A stretch of 64,000 nt of DNA from Bacilli bacterium (GTDB taxonomy: Bacteria; Bacillota_I; Bacilli_A; JBKEDG01), in contig JBKEDG010000061.1 of assembly GCA_047975285.1 (NCBI GenBank), forward strand, positions 8,808-72,807, read 5' to 3'. Of the stretch, positions 57,305-64,000 are shown one piece after another. Numbering within the stretch: position 1 is the first letter of the stretch; the number at the start of each line of letters is the position of its first letter. A program made the translations under genes and the position numbers. Under the pieces are notes generated by a model. The model ran no database searches. It was not told the DNA's origin and was given only the letters and a program-made list of their open reading frames with translations.

Positions 57305-59326
57305 TTATTTTCCTCCCTTGATATAATTTTTATTTACAAGATCACTAACTAAATTAGAATCTGACACTACAGGAACTGTAATATATGAGTTCATTTCATC
57401 TAGTTCATTATATTCTTCCACAGTAGAAATTGAATTGTCATTACATGCCCAAGCTCTTCTTCCAACACCCATCATTACGTCAAAAGGCATTGCCGCACGC
57501 AGAATTTCATCAACTTTATCACTTCCATCAAGAAGCATTCCAAATCCACCATTAATTGATTTCCCAATACCTACTCCTCCACCATTGTGAAGTGCAACTA
57601 AACTCATCCCACGAGCAGCGTTTCCTGCATAAACATGAGTAGCCATATCTGCCATAATATTAGATCCATCTTTAATATTAGATGTCTCTCTAAATGGTGA
57701 ATCAGTTCCACCTGTATCGTGATGATCTCTTCCAAGCATGATTGGACCTACTTCACCTTTTCTCACCAAATCATTAAACTTCAAAGCAATTTTTAATCTA
57801 CCCAGTGCATCTTGGTATAAAATTCTTGCTTTAGTTCCTACAACTAATTTATTATTCTTTGCTTCTTTTATCCAAATATAATTATCTCGATCTTGGAAAC
57901 GACGATTTGGATCAATACAACTCATTGCTGCTTGATCTGTAGCATCCAGATCAGCATCACTGCCACTCAAACATACCCATCTAAATGGACCATACCCATA
58001 ATCAAATAATAATGGTCCTAAAATATCCTCTACATAGCTTGGCCATATAAATCCATCTAAATCATTTTTTCCATTCTTGCATATTTCAACTACTCCAGCA
58101 TCATATATTGCTTTCATAAAACTATTCCCATAATCAAAGAAATATGTTCCCTTACCAGTAAGTTTTTTAATTATTTCATAGTGTCTAATAAGGCCTTCAT
58201 TAGTCTTTTTTACAAACTCTTGCTTATTAGTCGCAAGTAAATTGGTTCTTTCCTCAAAACTCGTTCCAGCAGGACAATAACCACCATCATAAACGTTATG
58301 ACAAGATGTTTGATCACTTAATAAAGGAATTTCAATATCATTTTCAAACGCATACTCTAAAACATCCACAATATTACCATGATAAGCAATTGAAAGTTTT
58401 GTCTTGCTATCTAAATTTTCCTTTGCTTTTGCAAAACAATCCGCAAGATCCTTTGCAACGTACGTTACCCAACCTTGAGAGTGTCTTGTTTCAATTCTTG
58501 AATAATCAACCTCTGCAATAATACTAACTCCACCAGCAACTTCACAAGCACGACCTTGAGCTCCACTCATACCACCTAGACCACTTGAAACAAATAATAC
58601 TCCTGCTAAATCATCATTAGCACCAACGCCACAATGTGCTCTTGCTGCATTTAATACAGTTGAATAAGTTCCATGTACAATACCTTGTGGTCCAATATAC
58701 ATCCAGCCTCCAGCCGTCATTTGTCCATAATTAGCAACACCTAATGCTGCAGCACGGTTAAAGTTATCCAAATCATCATAAAGTCCTGTCATCAATCCAT
58801 TCGTAATCATTACTCGTGGATTCAACTCATGAGATTTATACAAACCAAGTGGATGTCCTGACATTATAACTAAAGTTTGCTTAGAATTCATTTCTTTTAG
58901 ATACTTTATTATAAGATGATATTGTAGCCAGTTTTGAAACACTTGTCCTGTCTCTCCATATGTTACTAACTCATATGGATAAAGAGCAATGTCAAAGCAA
59001 AGATTATTTGCTATCATAACTTGAAAAGCTTTAGCCTCAATAATATTACCTTCATATTCTTCAATACTCTTAGCACTCATATCACCAGTTGGTCTAAATC
59101 TATACGCATAAATTCTACCATAAGTAAGTAGTTCATCTAAAAATTCAGGTGCTAGCACTTCATGCCATTTTTGCGGCACATAACGCAAAGCATTCTTTAG
59201 TGCAAGTTCTGTTTCTTCTTTTGTTAATGTAAATTCTCTCTTTGGCGCTCTCCTTATCCCTTCTTGAAATTTAGGATAGTCTGGCAATTCATTAAAAATC
59301 GCCTCAATTGTAAAAACTTTATTCAT
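57305..59326 (-). CDS. hutU: urocanate hydratase, long (~670 aa) form
   Basis: 673 aa; NAD-binding and core motifs (GQMTAGGWMYIGPQGIVHGTY, GLGGMSGAQ); about 80-aa N-terminal extension relative to 550-aa bacterial urocanases. Confidence 0.9.
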   Translation of the reverse strand: MNKVFTIEAIFNELPDYPKFQEGIRRAPKREFTLTKEETELALKNALRYVPQKWHEVLAPEFLDELLTYGRIYAYRFRPTGDMSAKSIEEYEGNIIEAKAFQVMIANNLCFDIALYPYELVTYGETGQVFQNWLQYHLIIKYLKEMNSKQTLVIMSGHPLGLYKSHELNPRVMITNGLMTGLYDDLDNFNRAAALGVANYGQMTAGGWMYIGPQGIVHGTYSTVLNAARAHCGVGANDDLAGVLFVSSGLGGMSGAQGRACEVAGGVSIIAEVDYSRIETRHSQGWVTYVAKDLADCFAKAKENLDSKTKLSIAYHGNIVDVLEYAFENDIEIPLLSDQTSCHNVYDGGYCPAGTSFEERTNLLATNKQEFVKKTNEGLIRHYEIIKKLTGKGTYFFDYGNSFMKAIYDAGVVEICKNGKNDLDGFIWPSYVEDILGPLLFDYGYGPFRWVCLSGSDADLDATDQAAMSCIDPNRRFQDRDNYIWIKEAKNNKLVVGTKARILYQDALGRLKIALKFNDLVRKGEVGPIMLGRDHHDTGGTDSPFRETSNIKDGSNIMADMATHVYAGNAARGMSLVALHNGGGVGIGKSINGGFGMLLDGSDKVDEILRAAMPFDVMMGVGRRAWACNDNSISTVEEYNELDEMNSYITVPVVSDSNLVSDLVNKNYIKGGK

Positions 59327-59497
59327 AAAAACCCTCCTTTATAATATATAATAATTATATAAGTTTTGACACATCAAATGCATTAATATCAAAAAGGAAT
59401 AAATAAGATACATTTGTGAATAATGAACAATCATTTGATGAATACATCTATTTATTAGATTTACTCTAAAATTATTTTTACTTTACCAATCAACTAT

Positions 59498-59527
59498 TAT
59501 CTATAAGATACTAGTATCATATAGATA
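59498..59527. promoter_or_regulatory. 30-bp near-perfect palindrome (TATCTATAAGATACT|AGTATCATATAGATA, 14/15 arm matches) about 170 bp upstream of hutU; candidate operator
   Basis: Read directly; no adjacent T-run on either strand, so it does not look like an intrinsic terminator. Confidence 0.4.
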
Positions 59528-59647
59528 ATAATAAATATTAGTAAAATTACAGCAAAAAAGATACAAATTATACTTTTAATTTGTATTTCAAACAAAAACT
59601 ACCTAATAATAAAAAAACTCTAAAATTAGAAGTTTTTTATATTGAAT

Positions 59648-60691
59648 CTATTCCCAATCTAAAATGATTTTCCCACTATTTCCACTCGCCATAATTTCAA
59701 ATGCCTCTTGAAAGTCATCCACTTTAAATCTATGTGTAACTATTGGGTTAATATCTAAACCAGATTGTAAAAGTGCGCTCATTTTAAACCAAGTACGATA
59801 CATTTCTCTACCATAAATTCCTTTTATGAATAAACCTTTAAAAACAACTTTATTCCAGTCAATAGTTGCATCCTTTGGTAAAATTGCAAGCAACGAAATT
59901 TTACCTCCATTGGCCATATTATCAAGCATATCGTTAAATGCAATCTTTGACCCACTCATCTCAAGACCAACCCCAAATCCATTTTTTATTCCAATTTCAC
60001 AACATATATCAGTTAAAGAAACATTACTCGTATTATATGCATATTTAAGTCCCATTTTTTTAGCAAGATTAAGGCGATAATCATTTATATCTGTAATTAC
60101 AACTTTTCTTGCCCCTGCTTTTTTTGCTACAGCAGCTGCCATTATACCAATCGGCCCTGCCCCAGTAACCAAAACATCTTCTCCAACTAGATCATATGAT
60201 AAAGCAGTATGTACAGCATTTCCTAGGGGATCAAAAACTGAAAACAGTTCCTCATTGATTTCAGGATCACAATGCCATACATTTGAAGATGGAATAACTA
60301 AGTACTCAGCAAATGCTCCATCACGATTAACACCAACGCCATAAGTATTAGGGCATAAATGTTGCTGCTCATTTAAACAATGGTGGCATTCCCCGCATAC
60401 AATATGTCCCTCGCCAGAAACAATATCTCCTTTTTTTACATTGCTAACATTCTTACCAAAATCAACAATTTTCCCCACATATTCATGACCAATTGTCATA
60501 GGAGTTTTAATCGTATTTTGAGCCCAGTCATCCCAATTATAAATATGGATATCTGTTCCACAAATAGAAGTTTTCTTTATTTTAATCAATACTTCATTAT
60601 CACCAAATTCAGGCATATTTACATCTTCCATCCAAATTCCTTTTTCTGGATATTTTTTTACTAGTGCTTTCATAAAAACTCTCCTTTTCAA
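59648..60691 (-). CDS. tdh: L-threonine 3-dehydrogenase (Zn-dependent MDR family); start may be the MKALVKK methionine
   Basis: [67 protein letters not shown] is near-identical in pattern to E. coli Tdh ([50 protein letters not shown]...). Confidence 0.9.
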   Translation of the reverse strand: MKRRVFMKALVKKYPEKGIWMEDVNMPEFGDNEVLIKIKKTSICGTDIHIYNWDDWAQNTIKTPMTIGHEYVGKIVDFGKNVSNVKKGDIVSGEGHIVCGECHHCLNEQQHLCPNTYGVGVNRDGAFAEYLVIPSSNVWHCDPEINEELFSVFDPLGNAVHTALSYDLVGEDVLVTGAGPIGIMAAAVAKKAGARKVVITDINDYRLNLAKKMGLKYAYNTSNVSLTDICCEIGIKNGFGVGLEMSGSKIAFNDMLDNMANGGKISLLAILPKDATIDWNKVVFKGLFIKGIYGREMYRTWFKMSALLQSGLDINPIVTHRFKVDDFQEAFEIMASGNSGKIILDWE

Positions 60692-60770
60692 TTTCTAATT
60701 TATATATTAATTGTAACATTTAGAATAGATTTTGTCATTAAAAAAGAACTAGTATTAACTAATTCTATAG

Positions 60771-62237
60771 TTATTTTTTAATATAATAATTAATGTTATC
60801 TAAAACTTGAGTTTTTCCCAACAACCAAATGTTTTCAGCAAGTTCAACTCCATGCATTAAATGAGTAGCACTTATTCTAAGTGGCATAAAAAGTGATTTT
60901 CCTTTAGCTCCAGTAATAAACTTAGTTTTATTAATAACATCCTTAATATTATCTATTGTCCACTCGTCAACTAATGTTATCTGCTTTTTAAATTCACAAA
61001 TAGTATTTTCAATACCCTCTTTTTCCATAAATTCTATTGCATCTTTTTCTAAAGTTGGTTCTTTTAGAAAGCCTTCCAATAGTTCAATAATTTGATCTCC
61101 ATAATTTAATTGTTTTTTATATAAATTAACCATCACCTTTTGTTCTTCTAAACTATATTCATCTAATTTACTACCTATAAACTTCATGACAAATTGATAA
61201 TAAGCATCATCATCTAATTCATTGATATACTTACTATTTATCCACTTTAATTTTTCAATATCAAAAACAGATGGTGCCTTACTAATTCTCTCGATACTAA
61301 ACTTTTTTGTAAGTTCTTCCAAATTAAAAATTTCAATATTATCCTCTGGACTCCATCCTAATAGTGCTAAATAGTTAATAATAGCCTCAGGCAAAAAACC
61401 ACGTTTGCTTAAATCATTATAACTAGCATCGTTATTACGCTTAGACAACTTCTTACCATCTATATTAACAATTGATGGCAAATGTACATAAATTGGTTGT
61501 TCCCATCCAAAAGCATCGTAAAGTCTACAATACTTTGGAGTAGAAGTTAAATATTCATTACCACGAACAACATGAGTAATTTTCATTAAATAATCATCTA
61601 TAACATTTGCAAAATTATATGTAGGATAGCCATCACCTTTTATCAGAATTTGATCTTCTAATTCTTCATTATCAAATGATATTTTTCCATACACTAAATC
61701 ATTATAAACTGTCTTCCCAGTAGTTGGCATTGCCTGTCTTATAACATATTTTTCACTATTCTTTAACTTTTCATTAATCTCTATTTGACTCAAGTTCTTA
61801 CAGTGACCATCATATCTAAATGCTCTTTTGCTTATTTTTGCAGTCTTTCTTAAATTATCTAAACGTTCCTCACTACAAAAACAATAATAAGCCTGATTTT
61901 CATCCACAAGTTGCTTAGCATACTTTTCGTAATTACCACGCTCGCTTTGTATATACGGACCGTATTCGCCACCAATATCTGGACCTTCATCATGAATTAG
62001 ACCAGTTGCTTTTAAAGTGGCAAAAATCACATTAACGGCATCCTCAACATATCGTTCTCTATCCGTATCCTCAACTCTTAAAACAAAAGTTCCATTGCTA
62101 ATTTTTGCAATAAGATATGTATATAATGCACTTCTTAAATTACCAACATGCATATACCCTGTAGGACTCGGCGCAAATCTCGTTCTTGTTTCATTCATTA
62201 TATCACTCCTATACATTATAATTTTAACATAAAACAA
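60771..62237 (-). CDS. gltX: glutamate--tRNA ligase
   Basis: 488 aa class I aaRS; HIGH-region RFAPSPTGYMHVGNLRSALY and KMSKS-type KLSKR. Confidence 0.93.
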   Translation of the reverse strand: MFYVKIIMYRSDIMNETRTRFAPSPTGYMHVGNLRSALYTYLIAKISNGTFVLRVEDTDRERYVEDAVNVIFATLKATGLIHDEGPDIGGEYGPYIQSERGNYEKYAKQLVDENQAYYCFCSEERLDNLRKTAKISKRAFRYDGHCKNLSQIEINEKLKNSEKYVIRQAMPTTGKTVYNDLVYGKISFDNEELEDQILIKGDGYPTYNFANVIDDYLMKITHVVRGNEYLTSTPKYCRLYDAFGWEQPIYVHLPSIVNIDGKKLSKRNNDASYNDLSKRGFLPEAIINYLALLGWSPEDNIEIFNLEELTKKFSIERISKAPSVFDIEKLKWINSKYINELDDDAYYQFVMKFIGSKLDEYSLEEQKVMVNLYKKQLNYGDQIIELLEGFLKEPTLEKDAIEFMEKEGIENTICEFKKQITLVDEWTIDNIKDVINKTKFITGAKGKSLFMPLRISATHLMHGVELAENIWLLGKTQVLDNINYYIKK

Positions 62238-62306
62238 GTAAATAATGAAGTTTTTTCACAGTTTATCTTTCACAATTTTATTTTTATAACATATTCAAAT
62301 AAAAGT

Positions 62307-62335
62307 TTGAAAAAAATTAGAATTGATAGTATAAT
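62307..62335 (+). promoter_or_regulatory. sigma-A-type promoter of gap: TTGAAA (62307-62312) - 17 nt - TATAAT (62330-62335)
   Basis: Consensus hexamers with 17-nt spacing about 20 nt upstream of GGAGAGGTGA RBS. Confidence 0.6.
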
Positions 62336-62356
62336 ATATTATGGAGAGGTGATAAA

Positions 62357-63361
62357 ATGGCAATTAAAGTAGCAATTAACGGTTTTGGAAGAATAGGTAG
62401 ACTTGCATATAGAGTTATGCATGAAAGTAACGAGTTTGAAGTTGTTGCAATTAATGATTTAACTGATGCATCAACACTTGCACATCTGCTATCTTACGAT
62501 AGTGCTCAGGGACGATTTATTCCCGAAAAAATCTCGTCTGATAATGACAAAATTATTGTTGACGGTAAAAGTATTCAAATTTATGCAAAAAAAGATCCTG
62601 AAGATTTACCATGGAAAGACCTTAATATTGATTTAGTTCTTGAATGTACTGGTTTCTTCACTAGTGAAGAAAAAGCATCAAAACATTTAAAAGCCGGAGC
62701 TAAAAAAGTTTTAATTTCAGCACCAGCAACAGGTAACATTAAGAATATTGTTTACAGCGTAAACGAAAATTCGTTAACATCGAGTGATAACATTGTCTCT
62801 GGAGCTAGTTGTACAACAAACTGTCTAGCACCTATGGCTAATGTATTACACAATGAATATGGAATTGAAAGTGGATTTATGACAACTATTCATGCATACA
62901 CAAATGATCAAAATACTTTAGATGCACCACACTCAAAAGATTTAAGAAGAGCACGTGCTGCAGCTGCAAACATTGTACCAAATACTACTGGTGCTGCAAA
63001 AGCAATTGGGCTTGTTATACCTGAGTTAAAAGGAGTCCTTGATGGCGCTGCACAACGTGTACCTGTGATTACTGGTTCTTTGACTGAACTTGTTTCTGTT
63101 GTTAACAAAGACACTTCTGCAAAAGAAGTAAATGAAGCAATGAAATCTGCTGCAAATGAGTCATATGGTTACACAGAGGTACCATTAGTATCAAGCGATA
63201 TTATAGGAATAAGATTTGGATCATTATTTGATGCAACACAAACAAAAGTTACTAATCTTGGTAACGGAAAATCCCTTGTAAAAACTGTTTCATGGTATGA
63301 TAATGAAATGAGTTATACAGCTCAATTAATTAGAACAGCCAAGCACATAATAAAATTATAG
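62357..63361 (+). CDS. gap: glyceraldehyde-3-phosphate dehydrogenase
   Basis: 334 aa; [11 protein letters not shown]-binding, active-site [10 protein letters not shown]. Confidence 0.95.
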   Translation: MAIKVAINGFGRIGRLAYRVMHESNEFEVVAINDLTDASTLAHLLSYDSAQGRFIPEKISSDNDKIIVDGKSIQIYAKKDPEDLPWKDLNIDLVLECTGFFTSEEKASKHLKAGAKKVLISAPATGNIKNIVYSVNENSLTSSDNIVSGASCTTNCLAPMANVLHNEYGIESGFMTTIHAYTNDQNTLDAPHSKDLRRARAAAANIVPNTTGAAKAIGLVIPELKGVLDGAAQRVPVITGSLTELVSVVNKDTSAKEVNEAMKSAANESYGYTEVPLVSSDIIGIRFGSLFDATQTKVTNLGNGKSLVKTVSWYDNEMSYTAQLIRTAKHIIKL

Positions 63362-63373
63362 TAGATTAATATT

Positions 63374-63411
63374 AAACATCTCAAGAATAATATCTTGAGA
63401 TGTTTTTATTT
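63374..63411. terminator. intrinsic terminator after gap (13-bp perfect stem)
   Basis: aaacatctcaaga (63374-63386) - ataata - tcttgagatgttt (63393-63405) followed by ttatttat; also an A-run upstream, so possibly bidirectional for the converging minus-strand gene. Confidence 0.7.
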
Positions 63412-63418
63412 ATATTGA

Positions 63419-63754
63419 TTATAATTTTCTTATCAGTTCTATTCGAGCATGATTTCCATCAATTTCAACATTTAAATCATCAATACACATACCGATTAAG
63501 TTTAACTCTCCACTGCAATCATTTTCACCAAGAAGCTCCCATCCATACTCTTCCATCGATTCATCTCTTTCTTGGCTTAGCGTTTCCTCTAACATATCAA
63601 TAAGCTTACTACAGATAAAATCAAAGTTAAATATTAAATGCACTTCCTCTTCTGATTTTTTTATACTAATATCAATATTATTGCAATTTTTCTTTAGTAA
63701 GTATGTAGTCAACTCATCAATAATCTTTCCAATTTTTTTATCAAAGTGATTCAT
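63419..63754 (-). CDS. hypothetical acidic protein
   Basis: 111-aa ORF with no recognisable motif; tightly follows (4-nt gap) an upstream membrane-protein gene. Confidence 0.35.
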   Translation of the reverse strand: MNHFDKKIGKIIDELTTYLLKKNCNNIDISIKKSEEEVHLIFNFDFICSKLIDMLEETLSQERDESMEEYGWELLGENDCSGELNLIGMCIDDLNVEIDGNHARIELIRKL

Positions 63755-63757
63755 TAT

Positions 63758-64000
63758 TTACCCTCTTTTTCTAAAATATTTTTTTAAATTAATTGTATCT
63801 AATATGCTACCCATAATAGCAGCAACAAACCCTGATGCAAAACCATTATTATATAAATTCATTCCTCCTTGCCAATCAGAACTACTAGTAACAATACTAT
63901 AATGTAACCCTCCAGCAACCATACCAGCAACAAATCCAAAATCACCTGCTATTGGTGCAAGTGTTGTAGAAAACAACGCTGCCACAAGTATATCATTATT
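63758..64000 (-). CDS. hypothetical membrane protein, C-terminal fragment (gene continues beyond window end)
   Basis: Open frame with no upstream stop before position 64000; Gly/Ala-rich hydrophobic sequence (APIAGDFGFVAGMVAGG...ASGFVAAIMGSIL). Confidence 0.35.
   Translation of the reverse strand, partial: NNDILVAALFSTTLAPIAGDFGFVAGMVAGGLHYSIVTSSSDWQGGMNLYNNGFASGFVAAIMGSILDTINLKKYFRKRG

Noticed and set aside
59590-59647. Possible tdh terminator (aaaaaactct-aaaatt-agaagtttttt)
   Set aside because: The stem is only 4-5 bp with mismatches, too weak to assert. tdh may read through toward the hut promoter region.
1-64000. Scanned for tRNA/rRNA genes, CRISPR repeats, IS/transposase/integrase/phage genes, toxin-antitoxin pairs and recognisable riboswitches (T-box, yybP-ykoY, glmS)
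   Set aside because: No direct-repeat arrays, no GTTCGA-type T-loop candidates in the few long spacers, and no transposase or recombinase motifs. The window appears to be stable core chromosome with embedded metabolic islands.

Overview
This is a 64 kb, very AT-rich (~28-30% GC) chromosomal segment that is almost entirely coding and is carried mainly on the minus strand. From its gene content it is a low-GC Firmicute; the amino-acid-fermenting content (three 2-oxoacid/pyruvate:ferredoxin oxidoreductases, a folate-dependent hut pathway) hints at a Clostridia/Tissierellia-like anaerobe, but that placement is inference. Most of it is core housekeeping with conserved Firmicute synteny: dnaE-pfkA, pnp, tkt-yneF, a divergent lexA SOS pair, cdaA-cdaR-glmM-glmS, a complete FAS-II/acc cluster with divergent fabV, miaA-mutL, PFOR, ftsK, rnj, gltX, tdh and gap. 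I found no rRNA or tRNA genes, CRISPR arrays, IS elements, integrases or phage genes. There are three accessory-looking islands. (1) Two tandem paralogous HAL/PAL-fold lyase genes at 17.7-20.5 kb that lack the Ala-Ser-Gly triad needed to form the MIO cofactor, divergently paired with a BCCT quaternary-amine transporter and a small membrane ORF. I read this as a candidate trimethylamine-lyase locus for ergothioneine or histidine-betaine. That reading is strengthened by a hut operon elsewhere in the window (hutU-fhs-ftcD-hutI-cyclodeaminase) that has no hutH. (2) An ATP-grasp ligase, Asp/Glu-type racemase and AsnB-type amidotransferase operon at 33.7-37.4 kb, most parsimoniously a D-Asp/D-isoAsn peptidoglycan cross-bridge module. 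(3) A four-subunit 2-oxoacid:ferredoxin oxidoreductase operon led by an uncharacterised P-loop (GSGKS...DxxG) NTPase. Several strong regulatory structures are visible directly in the sequence: twin LexA (Cheo) boxes flanking an SOS-controlled small membrane protein gene, a perfect 16-bp inverted repeat spanning the yneF stop and the tauE RBS, a perfect 13-14 bp hairpin with a U-tract in the leader of an APC permease gene, and a 30-bp near-perfect palindrome upstream of hutU. All functional calls rest on reading the supplied translations by eye for motifs and on gene order. No database search was run.
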